From positions 1 to 26,186 of the IMG/VR virus record IMGVR_UViG_3300030332_000463: a stretch of 26,186 nt of DNA. The stretch is one strand, 5' to 3'. Under the pieces are notes generated by a model. The model was not told the origin of the DNA and did not search any database. It was given only the letters and a program-made list of their open reading frames with translations. The translations under genes were made by a program, and so were the position numbers. Below are positions 16,805 through 26,186 of the stretch, one piece after another (the stretch's first letter is position 1; every line of letters starts with the position of its first letter). The stretch is from a virus (lineage: Duplodnaviria > Caudoviricetes).

Positions 16805-17749
16805 ATGGCCACTTCAGGCTCGACAGATTATAATCCGTCCCGCGATGATATCATCAAGCGGGCTTTGCGCATCCTCGGTGTGATCGAGGGCGGCGAAAGC
16901 CCCTCCGCGTCCGACAGCGCCGACGCCGTTGAGGCTCTCCAGGGCTTGGTTAAGGCGTGGATGGCGACGGGCTTCCGGCTGTGGAAGATCAAAGAGGTCA
17001 CGGTCTTCCTTGAGCCAAGCCAGACTGAATACTCCCTGTCCTCGACTGGCGACCACGCATCCGAGGAGACGGTCAAGACCGAACTGGCTGCTGACGCCGC
17101 CGCCGCCGCCACAGCCATGACCGTGGACAGCATCACCGGCATCGCCGCCTCGGACAACATCGGCATCGTCCTTGACGATGGCACCACCCACTGGACGACG
17201 GTCAGTGGCTCACCTAGTGGTACAACGGTGACCCTGGCCAGCGGCCTTGCCTCTGCGGCGTCCACCAACACCCACGTCTACACTTACACGACGCGCGCCG
17301 TGCGGCCCCTGCGGCTGCGGACTGCCCGCGTGCGTAACGAGGCCAACTCCGACACGCCGATCCTGACGTGGTCGCGCGACGAGTACTTCGACACGACCAA
17401 CAAGTTCGAGACCGCCGAACTCCCGACCGCTGCCTACTATGACCCCCAACTGTCAAGTGGCAAGTTACATGTTTGGCTGACACCGACCAGCGCCTCAATC
17501 CGGCTGCTGTGTGATTTCGACATGCCCATTGAGGACATGGACGCGGCGTCAAACACCGCTGACTATCCTCAAGAGTGGACGAACCCCCTCGCCTGGCTCC
17601 TCGCTGACGAGATGCGGTTTGACTTCGGTGTGCCGGCTGATGTTTCCGCTGGTATCCACGCTCAAGCCAAGGATAAATTAGATCTCGTCCTCGGCTTCGA
17701 CACCGAGGCCGAGAGCACTTACTTCGGCGTTAGTTTGGACCCTGAATAA
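16805..17749 (+). CDS. Head-to-tail adaptor (P22 gp4-like) with an inserted beta-rich domain
   Basis: MATSG...RDDIIKRALRILGV...GE.P...DAVEAL...W, and C-terminal YPQEW..PLAWLLA. Lies immediately before the gp10-like gene. Confidence 0.72.
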   Translation: MATSGSTDYNPSRDDIIKRALRILGVIEGGESPSASDSADAVEALQGLVKAWMATGFRLWKIKEVTVFLEPSQTEYSLSSTGDHASEETVKTELAADAAAAATAMTVDSITGIAASDNIGIVLDDGTTHWTTVSGSPSGTTVTLASGLASAASTNTHVYTYTTRAVRPLRLRTARVRNEANSDTPILTWSRDEYFDTTNKFETAELPTAAYYDPQLSSGKLHVWLTPTSASIRLLCDFDMPIEDMDAASNTADYPQEWTNPLAWLLADEMRFDFGVPADVSAGIHAQAKDKLDLVLGFDTEAESTYFGVSLDPE

Positions 17750-19159
17750 ATGGAAGTACAATTCGCCGTCAACTCTTATCAGGCCAGGGCACTTCCCCTC
17801 AGTGCTCAACGGTGCGTGAATTACTTCGCCGAGGCCGCGCCCAAGGACGCCAAGAGCGACATAGTACTATACAATGCTCCTGGCATTAAAGCTTTCGGGT
17901 CCAGCGGGCTTGTCGGCGCTGTACGCGGAGCTATCTACATGGGCGGCGTTCTATACATAGTCGCCGGCAACACCTTTTACAGCGTCACCACCGCCGGCGT
18001 AGCCACGGCCATTGGGACCATCAACACCACTTCTGGTAGTACATCGATGGCGGCTAACCGCGCCAGCCCGCAAGAGGTGGGTTTCGTTGATGGCACGAAC
18101 GGTTGGACCTACGACACCAGCAACGGGCTGCGGCAGATTTCCGATGGCGACTTCGCGGCGGCTGGCACCATCGCCTTCCAAGACGGCTATTTCATCTTCA
18201 GTAAGGTCAGTTCATCGGAGTTCTTCATCTCTGCCTTGAACGACGGGCAGACCATCGACGCCCTAGATTTCGCCGACGCCGAGGGCAACCCCGACGAGGT
18301 CGTGGCTGTGTTCTCCGATCACCGCGAACTGTGGGTCTTCGGTGAGATATCCACCGAGGTGTACTTCAACTCTGGTAACGCCGATTTCCCCTTCGAACGC
18401 ATCAACGGCGCCTTCATTGAACGCGGCCTCGCTGCCGCCTTCGCTGTCGCGGCTGACGACAACACCATCTTCTGGCTGGGCGATGACGGCGTAGTTTACA
18501 AGGCCAATGGCTACGTACCGCAGCGCATCTCTACACACGCAATTGAGAACGCCATCCAGGGCTATTCATCGATCTCTGACGCCACCGCGTATTTCGTCAC
18601 CATCGCCGGTCACAAAATGCTCCATCTCACCTTTCCTACCGGCAATGCCTGTTTTGTTTTCGACGTGGCTACTGGGCTATGGCATGAACGCGAGAGTTAT
18701 GGCCAAAGCCACTGGCGCGGCGGCTCCGTTTACGTGCGCGCCTATGGCAAAGACATTATCGGTGACGCCTTCCAGGGCAAGCTGGGCGAACTGGACATGG
18801 ATCACTTCACAGAGTACGGCTCGACCATGCAGGGCATTTTGGTCAGTGGGGTGGTACACGGTGACCGTAAGCGCGTATTCCACCGCCGCTTGGAGATCGA
18901 TGTGGAGGCCGGTGTCGGCCTGACATCAGGTCAGGGGTCTGACCCACAAATTTGGCTTGATTATTCTGACGATGGAGGGCGCTCGTACAGTCTTCGCAAA
19001 CCTCAGCGGTCGCTGGGAAAAATTGGCGAATACCAAGCCCGATTGCGCTGGAACCGCTTAGGGCAAGCTCGCAACCGCGTATATCGTCTGACCATCGCCG
19101 ACCCCGTCAAACGCACACTTATTGGTACGCACCTCGACGCTGCGCCGGGGCACAATTGA
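17750..19159 (+). CDS. Packaged-DNA stabilisation / tail hub protein (P22 gp10-like)
   Basis: 469 aa. QRCVNYF, DGYFIF, FADAEGNPD, LWVFGEISTEV, RISTHAIE, WHER, SDDGG and LGKIGEY..R.RW.RLG. Confidence 0.88.
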   Translation: MEVQFAVNSYQARALPLSAQRCVNYFAEAAPKDAKSDIVLYNAPGIKAFGSSGLVGAVRGAIYMGGVLYIVAGNTFYSVTTAGVATAIGTINTTSGSTSMAANRASPQEVGFVDGTNGWTYDTSNGLRQISDGDFAAAGTIAFQDGYFIFSKVSSSEFFISALNDGQTIDALDFADAEGNPDEVVAVFSDHRELWVFGEISTEVYFNSGNADFPFERINGAFIERGLAAAFAVAADDNTIFWLGDDGVVYKANGYVPQRISTHAIENAIQGYSSISDATAYFVTIAGHKMLHLTFPTGNACFVFDVATGLWHERESYGQSHWRGGSVYVRAYGKDIIGDAFQGKLGELDMDHFTEYGSTMQGILVSGVVHGDRKRVFHRRLEIDVEAGVGLTSGQGSDPQIWLDYSDDGGRSYSLRKPQRSLGKIGEYQARLRWNRLGQARNRVYRLTIADPVKRTLIGTHLDAAPGHN

Positions 19160-19698
19160 TGACGAACCTTCCTCCCACTGTTAATCTCCCACCGGTCAGG
19201 ACGCCCATTGTGGACCCCTCCACCGGGTTGGCGCATCGAGAGTGGGCGCAATGGTTCGAATTGATCTTGAAGCGCACGGGCGATAGCACAGGCAAGCCGG
19301 TGATAGGTAATGTCGTCGCCTACGAGACGACAGTGGCCTTCGGCGCACTAGCCTCTGCGGCTTCAGTGGCCTTGTTGACAGCTAAATCAAGTGAGCAATG
19401 GAAGATACGCGAGATTTTATTGTCGGGCAGCGGGACGAACTTCTCAGGCGGGGGCGGAGACCGGCTTTTGACGATTACAGACGGCGCCTCGACTTGGAGC
19501 GTGATACCGGCGGCGACACTTCAGACGCTGGCCGTGGCACGTTGGGGCGATGCGGGCGTGCCTTTCCCCGCAACGGCGGCGCACCTGACGACGGCGAGCG
19601 CCAGCGGGACCAACATCAGCGCAAGGTATTCCGGCGGCTCTGCCGACTACACCGCCGGCAGTCTGACGTTGACCATCACAACGGAGAGGGTGGCATGA
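19159..19698 (+). CDS. Hypothetical tail protein
   Basis: About 179 aa, TGATG-coupled. N-terminal PIVDP.TG....EW.QWF motif followed by a beta-rich domain. Confidence 0.7.
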   Translation: MTNLPPTVNLPPVRTPIVDPSTGLAHREWAQWFELILKRTGDSTGKPVIGNVVAYETTVAFGALASAASVALLTAKSSEQWKIREILLSGSGTNFSGGGGDRLLTITDGASTWSVIPAATLQTLAVARWGDAGVPFPATAAHLTTASASGTNISARYSGGSADYTAGSLTLTITTERVA

Positions 19699-20237
19699 GA
19701 CATTTTCAATTGATGGCGCGCGATGTTGACGTGTTCCCTTTGGTTCACGCGCTCCAACAGCAAGAAGAACTGTGGAACACCGAGACGCTCCGGACCACTC
19801 ATCCAGGAACAGCGCATGGCGAGGTAGATGACATCTTGCTCTGGTTCAATCACGTTGGAGAGACACCCGAAGACGTGGTGGACGATAAGGACGTGATCCC
19901 TTACCCCGCGTGGACTGCGCTACCTCAGGCGCGGCCTCTAGTTTTTGGCTTGATGAACCAGGTTGGAGGCGTAAGGTTAGGCCGTGTGATGATCAGCCGC
20001 CTACCGCCTGGGAAGACTATTAGCGAACATGTCGATGGGGGCGCGCCGGCAACGTATTACTCACGCTACCAGATTGCGCTGCAAAACCTTCCTGGTTGCA
20101 TGTTCAACATCGGGAATGAAAGTATAAATTTCGAAACGGGAGAAGTGTGGTACATTGACAATAATACAGTTCACGATGTGGTGAACAACAGCGCTGACGA
20201 CCGTATTGCGATGGTCGTGGATATAAGGACTGATTGA
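19695..20237 (+). CDS. Aspartyl/asparaginyl beta-hydroxylase-like 2OG-Fe(II) oxygenase
   Basis: GRVMISRLPPGKTISEHVD (HxD), GEVWYIDN..VHDVVN (distal His) and DRIAMVVD. True start is ATG 19695 (ATGA overlap, GGAGAGG upstream). Confidence 0.85.
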   Translation: MRHFQLMARDVDVFPLVHALQQQEELWNTETLRTTHPGTAHGEVDDILLWFNHVGETPEDVVDDKDVIPYPAWTALPQARPLVFGLMNQVGGVRLGRVMISRLPPGKTISEHVDGGAPATYYSRYQIALQNLPGCMFNIGNESINFETGEVWYIDNNTVHDVVNNSADDRIAMVVDIRTD

Positions 20238-20692
20238 TGCTGACTGCCGCGCCAGAGTCCTTTATGTCATGCCAACTTGAGTTGGCTATACTGTTTCCTG
20301 AGCATTGGAAGAAACTGGCTTTGGACCGTGAAATCATTCCTTTAGATCCGAACTACGAAGTTTACGGCGCATTAGAAGAACGAGGTGAATTGCTATTGAT
20401 TGCTCTTCGTGATGCAGGAAAATTAGTAGGCTACTGGAGTGCGCACGTAGGCGCTGGTCTTCATTATCAGTCTACTTTGACAGCAACTATGGACATGTGG
20501 TTCGTCTCTGAAGAGTACGAAAAGACAACAGCATCTTTGACGCTCATGAGATCTGTCGAAAAAGAATACAATCGACGGGGCGTCAAAAAAGCTATCGCTG
20601 GAGAAAAAATTCACAAACCGTGCGGAAGACTGTATGAAGCGTTTGGGTACAAACCCGCGGAAGTACAGTACACAAAATTGATGGAGAGCTGA
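20237..20692 (+). CDS. GNAT-family acetyltransferase-like protein
   Basis: RDAGKLVGY, DMWFVSEEY, and LYEAFGY C-terminal motif. TGATG-coupled. Confidence 0.75.
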   Translation: MLTAAPESFMSCQLELAILFPEHWKKLALDREIIPLDPNYEVYGALEERGELLLIALRDAGKLVGYWSAHVGAGLHYQSTLTATMDMWFVSEEYEKTTASLTLMRSVEKEYNRRGVKKAIAGEKIHKPCGRLYEAFGYKPAEVQYTKLMES

Positions 20693-20693
20693 G

Positions 20694-21404
20694 ATGGTTG
20701 TAGCAGGAGCTATAGCGGCTGTGGGAGCAGTAGCAGGCGGCGCTGCGTCCTATTCTGGTAGTACAGCCCAAGCCGGGGCTGCGGAAAAAGCTGGCGAGAT
20801 GTCCTACAAGGCGCAGATGGCGTCTATCGCCGAACAGCGGCGACAGTATGACCGGAGCCGCGCCGACCTCGCGCCTTGGCGTGAGACAGGCCAGACGGCG
20901 ATGGGTGAGTACGGCGCGCTGTACGGCGTCGGTCGTGATGGCCTAATCAGCGCCGAGGAACGTGATGCAGCTAGAGATCGGTTCCAGACTTCACCTGGCT
21001 ACGAGTTCGCTATGAGTGAAGGGCAAAAAGCTGTAGAAAGAGGGAGTTCTGCCGGTGGACGCTACCACTCAGGCCGCGGCGCAAAGGATTTAACACGTTG
21101 GTCTCAAGGTTTGGCGAACCAAGAATTTGGGAACTACGCCAACCGTCTGGCCAACATCGCCGGCATGGGGCAGAACGCTGTCAATACCGGCGTGTCAGCG
21201 GGTCAAAACACGGCTAATGCTATTAGTCGGGCGAACCAGTTCGGCGCTCAGCAGCAAGGTCGCGCGCTACAAGCTAGCGCCATGGCCAGGGCATCTGGTT
21301 ACGCAGGAATGGCAAACGCGGTGAGTTCCTTCGGCCAAAACATAATGGCAGGTCATCAAGCCGATAAATGGCGAGCTCACGAAATGGCAATGTACGGAAC
21401 ATAG
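20694..21404 (+). CDS. DNA ejection/pilot protein (P22 gp7-like)
   Basis: Hydrophobic Gly/Ala N-terminus, EQRRQYD...LAPW, F.TSPGYEF...EG..AVE and Ala/Gly/Gln/Asn-rich helices. Confidence 0.8.
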   Translation: MVVAGAIAAVGAVAGGAASYSGSTAQAGAAEKAGEMSYKAQMASIAEQRRQYDRSRADLAPWRETGQTAMGEYGALYGVGRDGLISAEERDAARDRFQTSPGYEFAMSEGQKAVERGSSAGGRYHSGRGAKDLTRWSQGLANQEFGNYANRLANIAGMGQNAVNTGVSAGQNTANAISRANQFGAQQQGRALQASAMARASGYAGMANAVSSFGQNIMAGHQADKWRAHEMAMYGT

Positions 21405-21415
21405 GGCGCAACACA

Positions 21416-23101
21416 ATGATTATGCAACCTCGACAATTTCCTATTCAGTACCCTAATCTATTAAGAGCTATGCAAGTAGCCTCTAGCATGGGAGAAAATA
21501 GACAGCGCACCCGGCTAATGACTGCTCGTCATTTAAGGGAGCAAGCAGCGCACGACACTAAGAAGTCGTACGATGTCGAGACAAAGCGTCTTTTGGCTGA
21601 TTTTGCTGGTGTTCAGGATCAACCTGCTATTCCTGGTGAGAAATCGCAAGGCCTATTTCCGGGGGAACCTGGTAGCAGTGAGCCCCAATATCAGGGACCT
21701 CTTCAGCAACCTCAACCTGCTCGAAGCCGTTTTGAAAGCGATCAATTCCGACGATTATCGGCTCTTCGTCCTGAAATAGCATCTAAAATTCAAAAGCTCT
21801 ACACGGGAATGAATGAAGACCAGCGGAACCAGTTTGAAATGCAAAATAAGCAAATTGGGCCGATCCTAGCTCAGCTTGAAAGCATGCCTGAAGCGGCAAG
21901 GTACGGAGCTTGGCCTAAAGTTCTTGCTGCTGCTCAACAGCTAGGTATCGACATCACGAATGCTCCTCAGCAGTATAATAAGCAATGGGTTCAGCAGCGT
22001 CTTGCTATCGCACAAGGACTTAAAATGCCCACTGCCCTCGATGCAGCTAAGACCAAGAAATATCAAGAAGAAACTAAAGGCCTTCAGAATGAGCGTGAGA
22101 GAAATGAAAACTTCCTCAAGCTCATTGCTCCTCCCACTTCGGATATTTCGGGGGGTGGATCAGGAGATGATTTAATTCGGGAACAGTCAGCTGTAACAAC
22201 CGGATCTTCGCCTGAAATGTCTCCTGACGGTACGACTGTGATGGACGACGAGGCATTGGATAGGCTGAACCAAGGCGATAGTGTATTGGTAGGTGGCGCT
22301 AGAAGTCCTAATCAGATGCCCACTGTCCGTGAAGTGTTTCAAGCGCTCCCTGGCCCTGTGCAGCAAGGCATTTTGAATTCCCCAGACGGCGCAAGAAAGG
22401 CGTTCTCCAAGTATCTTCTTCAGCGCAAAGGCTTTGAAGTTGAGTTCGATGATACCGGCCGAGTCACTCGGATCAGTCAAGGCGGAGCAGCAGGATCCGG
22501 GGATCTTGGGCGTAAAGCTCAGGGCATTATTGAGTCTGATCTTATTGATGCACTATCGACCCGCATGCAATTAGCAGCTATGCAGCGTAAGTTCAAACCT
22601 GAATTCCAGCAAGTTTCTAATCGAGTGGGTTACGCAACTGCTGCATTCCAAGAGAAATGGTTCAACAAAAGATTAGACCCTGAAGTTCAAGCTAATTTGG
22701 ACGCGTATACTGAATATAGATCGGAAACGTTGCAAATGTTCACCGATATTTTGAAAAGATTGTCGGGTGCTGCCGTTACAAGAACTGAACTACAGAGAGC
22801 AGAGCGTTGGCTGCCCAATGTTGGGACTAGTCCGTTTAACGGAGATAGTCCGTCGGAACTCCGAGTTAAAATGAATAGATTTATGGATTTCAGCAACAAA
22901 ATTGTGGCGCGTCTCAATTATGCTAAAAGCAACGGCTTAGGGATTAAAAATGTACCATTAGATGCAATGCCGGCGATTATGGCTAGACGAGGAAATGAAC
23001 TTGAAAAGAATTTCAAGAAGTCAGGCCTCAAGGAAGACCAAGTTGATAGAGCTGTTCGAGATCAACTTGCACGTGAATTTGGTTTAGTGCCAGGTAATTA
23101 A
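21416..23101 (+). CDS. Internal virion/ejection protein (gp20-like by position)
   Basis: About 561 aa, helical and Gln-rich, with LSGAAVT..E motif. Follows the gp7-like gene. Start codon uncertain (21368, 21416 or 21422). Confidence 0.65.
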   Translation: MIMQPRQFPIQYPNLLRAMQVASSMGENRQRTRLMTARHLREQAAHDTKKSYDVETKRLLADFAGVQDQPAIPGEKSQGLFPGEPGSSEPQYQGPLQQPQPARSRFESDQFRRLSALRPEIASKIQKLYTGMNEDQRNQFEMQNKQIGPILAQLESMPEAARYGAWPKVLAAAQQLGIDITNAPQQYNKQWVQQRLAIAQGLKMPTALDAAKTKKYQEETKGLQNERERNENFLKLIAPPTSDISGGGSGDDLIREQSAVTTGSSPEMSPDGTTVMDDEALDRLNQGDSVLVGGARSPNQMPTVREVFQALPGPVQQGILNSPDGARKAFSKYLLQRKGFEVEFDDTGRVTRISQGGAAGSGDLGRKAQGIIESDLIDALSTRMQLAAMQRKFKPEFQQVSNRVGYATAAFQEKWFNKRLDPEVQANLDAYTEYRSETLQMFTDILKRLSGAAVTRTELQRAERWLPNVGTSPFNGDSPSELRVKMNRFMDFSNKIVARLNYAKSNGLGIKNVPLDAMPAIMARRGNELEKNFKKSGLKEDQVDRAVRDQLAREFGLVPGN

Positions 23102-23102
23102 C

Positions 23103-25298
23103 ATGTCAGAAAAAACAGGCAAAGATTGGTGGGGCTTAGTCACACGCCAAAACCTCACTCAAGGCCCGATAAACCGCGGATGGTTCAAGACTGAAGGCGG
23201 GTATGCCAGTGGCGTCGACACAAAGCATCCAGGTCTTGGGCCGGGAAGCGTTGCTCGAGCTAATTTAGCGCCTGATGACAAAACCAGGATCAAACGATTG
23301 TCTGAGTCTTCAGGTATTCCTGTCAATCGCTTCGGTAAGATCAAGGGTGATATTGTCTACTGGGATGACGGAGTTAAGAAATTTATTCCAGTTGTGCCTC
23401 ATATCGGCAGGGGCAAGAACATCGCCGATAAAATATATCGAGCGAATGAAGCAATGCTCGGAGCATCGACCAAGGCCGCCTCCGCGATAGTAGGCGGTGT
23501 TGCAGGTGCCATTGCAGGACCAACTGGTACTAGTCTGGCCGTTTCTGGTGCAGCAGCAGGGCTTACAAGTGTAGGCCTCCAGGCACTTGATAAGTTGATT
23601 GCTAATGAACCTATGGGTGACTTCAAATGGGCGCCTGTTCTCGGTGATATTGCACTCAATGCTCTTGGCCAAGGCGTCGGCGTCGGATTAGTCAAACTTT
23701 TCAACCGCAACCCATTGGCTGTTCAAGCATACGACAGACTTCGCGCATTAAACCCACGATTGACTAGAGATGCTGTTGAGATTCAGAAAATTGCAAAAGA
23801 GCAGTATGGGATTGATCTCACAACAGCTCAATCTACTGAAATGAGAAGTCTTCTTGCTGCTGAACGTCAAGCTGGTCGCTGGCCGGAAACGATGGACAAA
23901 GTTTATGATGCCAGAAATAAGCAGTGGGGAGAACAAGTCCCTGATGCTATTCGGGGTGAAATTGCCAAGGTTACTCCTGCCCGAGGCGAAGAAGCTTCCA
24001 AAGCATTCCGTGCTGGCGCCGACACGATAGTCAAAGAAGCTGAGAAGAAAGCTGCTGATGATGCTAAGGGTCACTACAAAGCAGCATTTAGCGCAAATAG
24101 AGACGTCGCTTCTCCTCAGCTCAATCGTCTTCTCAAGACTAAGTCAGGCAAAGCAGCGTTGCACGAGGCCATTGACATTATGGACGACAAGATGGCTTTA
24201 GCAGGGACCCCTGATGCTGAGTTGACAGAAGCAATGAGAGAAGCTGCCGCACTCGGCAGATCGGAATTTGTCCCGGGTGGTGTGTCAAAAGGTCTTAAGC
24301 TTCAAACGTGGGACTTTATCAAACAAGGTCTTTGGCGTCTTGAAAAGGCAGCAGAAAAAGATACTGGTCAGTCCACTTCGAAGTCAAAAGCTATTGGAAA
24401 AATACGACGTAAAATGGTCAAAGAATTGGACCGTCTTGACGTAACTGCAATGACTGGACCCAAATCTAGAAAAACGGCAGGCGGCGAATACGCTAGAGCC
24501 AGAGGATTTTTCCAAAGTGGTATGGAGGCTAAAGATGCTATTCTACACGGCGGTGTCGAGATGCTCCGCAAAACTAAGAGCGATACTGTTAAATTGGTCA
24601 ATAAAATTTTTAACGAAGGCAACGTTACGCCTGAAGAAGTGGGCCGGATGCGAGCAAAATTTTACGCCGGAGGCCAAGGCGACGCATGGGAAGCAGGCGT
24701 TGGAAGATGGCTGGAGGGCGCTTTAGGCGCAGCGACCAAGGAATTTAAGCAAGGCATCGGGAATGTTCCGGGTACTTTTTTCGCTAGAGTGTGGGGAACA
24801 AACGAACAAAAATCTATCACAAAGGCTGCACTAGGTGCTTCGCGAATGGAAGGCTTCGAAGTTTTTCTGAAGGTCCTTGACAAAGCTCGGAAGAGCTTCC
24901 CTGAAGGATCTCCAACAGCTACTGACTTTGGTTCAATGGCTCCTGACGCGATCAGTAGAGCAACGCGTGTAGTAGGAAAAGGGTTATCAGGTTCAACATA
25001 CTTAAATTTGGGAGACAAAATATCAGCAGGTGTTACTAACATCAGACAACCTGCTGCAAGGATCAGGTTAGCCGATGCTTTGTTTTCTCCTGACGGATTA
25101 AAGCAACTCAAAAAGCTCAGACTTCTTTCTCCTACAAACGCAAGAGCTTTGACGATTGTATCTGACATTATGGTCAAAGCAGGTGTCCATGAAACAAGAG
25201 AAGCGTTAGAGTCTGAAGCATCAGGCGCGCCTCTTGATCCTAAAATCAAAGCTGAATGGGAGAAATTCCAACGGTCTTCCCGGCCGGCAACGGAGTAA
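23103..25298 (+). CDS. Large internal virion/ejection protein (gp16-like by position)
   Basis: 731 aa, Ala/Gly/Lys-rich and helical, with a Gly-zipper hydrophobic stretch (AIVGGVAGAIAGPTG...GAAAG) and GSPTA motif. Confidence 0.65.
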   Translation: MSEKTGKDWWGLVTRQNLTQGPINRGWFKTEGGYASGVDTKHPGLGPGSVARANLAPDDKTRIKRLSESSGIPVNRFGKIKGDIVYWDDGVKKFIPVVPHIGRGKNIADKIYRANEAMLGASTKAASAIVGGVAGAIAGPTGTSLAVSGAAAGLTSVGLQALDKLIANEPMGDFKWAPVLGDIALNALGQGVGVGLVKLFNRNPLAVQAYDRLRALNPRLTRDAVEIQKIAKEQYGIDLTTAQSTEMRSLLAAERQAGRWPETMDKVYDARNKQWGEQVPDAIRGEIAKVTPARGEEASKAFRAGADTIVKEAEKKAADDAKGHYKAAFSANRDVASPQLNRLLKTKSGKAALHEAIDIMDDKMALAGTPDAELTEAMREAAALGRSEFVPGGVSKGLKLQTWDFIKQGLWRLEKAAEKDTGQSTSKSKAIGKIRRKMVKELDRLDVTAMTGPKSRKTAGGEYARARGFFQSGMEAKDAILHGGVEMLRKTKSDTVKLVNKIFNEGNVTPEEVGRMRAKFYAGGQGDAWEAGVGRWLEGALGAATKEFKQGIGNVPGTFFARVWGTNEQKSITKAALGASRMEGFEVFLKVLDKARKSFPEGSPTATDFGSMAPDAISRATRVVGKGLSGSTYLNLGDKISAGVTNIRQPAARIRLADALFSPDGLKQLKKLRLLSPTNARALTIVSDIMVKAGVHETREALESEASGAPLDPKIKAEWEKFQRSSRPATE

Positions 25299-25304
25299 TA
25301 TAAA

Positions 25305-26186
25305 ATGGCAACACGTTATACCAACCCGATTGTCCAACTGGGCAATGATGACGCGACCGATGTTGGCTCCGGGTGGAAGCTGAATTTCTACCTGACCGGC
25401 ACCACGACGCGCAAGGATACTTTCTCGGACAACGCACTGTCCTCGGCCAACGCAAACCCGGTCATTGCCAACAGTGCTGGGCGCTTCGGTGACATTTTCT
25501 ACGAGAGCGGCACTTACAAGGTGGTCCTTACAGATGACAGCGACGTTGAGAAGTGGACGGCGGACCCGGTGTCAGGCAGTCTCGGCATCGGCGGCGGCGT
25601 GATTGCCAAGACGGCCTCTTACACCGTCGTCGCCGACGATCAATCCAAGATCATCACCGGCGATTCCTCAAGCGGTGCCGTCACCATCACCTTACTCGCC
25701 GCCGCAACGGCTGGCGACGGTTTCGAGATCGGCGTTAAGAAGATCGACTCCTCCACGACCGCCGTGACCGTAGACGCGAATGGCGCCGAGACCATCGACG
25801 GCATCACCACGTTCGTCCTCGGCGCACAGTATCAAGAGGTTCTGCTACGGTGTGACGGCGTAGCCTGGCACGTCATCGCTGACGTGTACAACGACAAGCA
25901 CACCCGCATACAGGCATGGTCAAAAGGTGCAGACATAGCCAGCGCCACCACGCTAGTGTTGGGTTCGGACGGCAACTACTTCGACGTGACCGGCTCGACC
26001 GGCCCCATCGCGGCGATCACCGTGGCGGCGGGCACGTTCTTCATGTTGCAGTTCGACTCCACGCCGACGCTCACTCACAGCGCAACTTTGGACCTCCCCG
26101 GTGAAGCCAACTTGACGCTGGTCGCGGGCGCGCGCCTGATCTGTTTTGCCCAAGCGGCCAACGACGTGCAAGTGCTAGACCACATC
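25305..26186 (+). CDS. Tailspike/tail fibre protein (partial, runs off the window; absent from the ORF track)
   Basis: Open from ATG 25305 to the end: MATRYTNP...GWKLNFYLTGTTTRKDTFSD...ANPVIANSAGRFGDIF...YKVVLTD (podovirus tailspike attachment-like N-terminus), then KTASYTV...AGDG...ETIDG...RCDG..W. Confidence 0.8.
   Translation, partial: MATRYTNPIVQLGNDDATDVGSGWKLNFYLTGTTTRKDTFSDNALSSANANPVIANSAGRFGDIFYESGTYKVVLTDDSDVEKWTADPVSGSLGIGGGVIAKTASYTVVADDQSKIITGDSSSGAVTITLLAAATAGDGFEIGVKKIDSSTTAVTVDANGAETIDGITTFVLGAQYQEVLLRCDGVAWHVIADVYNDKHTRIQAWSKGADIASATTLVLGSDGNYFDVTGSTGPIAAITVAAGTFFMLQFDSTPTLTHSATLDLPGEANLTLVAGARLICFAQAANDVQVLDHI

Noticed and set aside
17094-17111. GCC trinucleotide run
   Set aside because: Encodes a poly-Ala stretch in frame and gives no sign of a phase-variable tract.
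19398-19694. 99-aa N-terminal extension of the hydroxylase in the ORF track
   Set aside because: Overlaps the upstream gene out of frame with Arg-rich nonsense composition. ATG 19695 has an RBS and ATGA coupling.

Overview
This window is the packaging, head and tail region of a tailed dsDNA bacteriophage with podovirus-like (P22-type) tail genes. All credible genes are on the + strand and tightly coupled. The order is: 3' end of a probable TerS, two paralogous unknown proteins, TerL, a third paralog, a small HTH-like ORF, portal, GroES-like co-chaperonin, scaffold, capsid auxiliary protein, major capsid protein, beta-rich head/fibre proteins, LamG-like protein, gp4-like adaptor, gp10-like stabilisation protein, Asp/Asn beta-hydroxylase-like enzyme plus GNAT, three ejection proteins, and a tailspike/fibre gene that runs off the window end. 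The most striking feature is the three paralogs inserted in the packaging operon (30-911, 915-2738, 3996-5522). They share an ungapped ~89-aa N-terminal leader (about 80% and 66% identity by hand count, PT-TG-like hydrophobic hairpin) fused to unrelated C-terminal cargo regions. This architecture suggests a phage polymorphic effector or virion-cargo system. Family assignments come from recognised motifs and synteny, not database searches.
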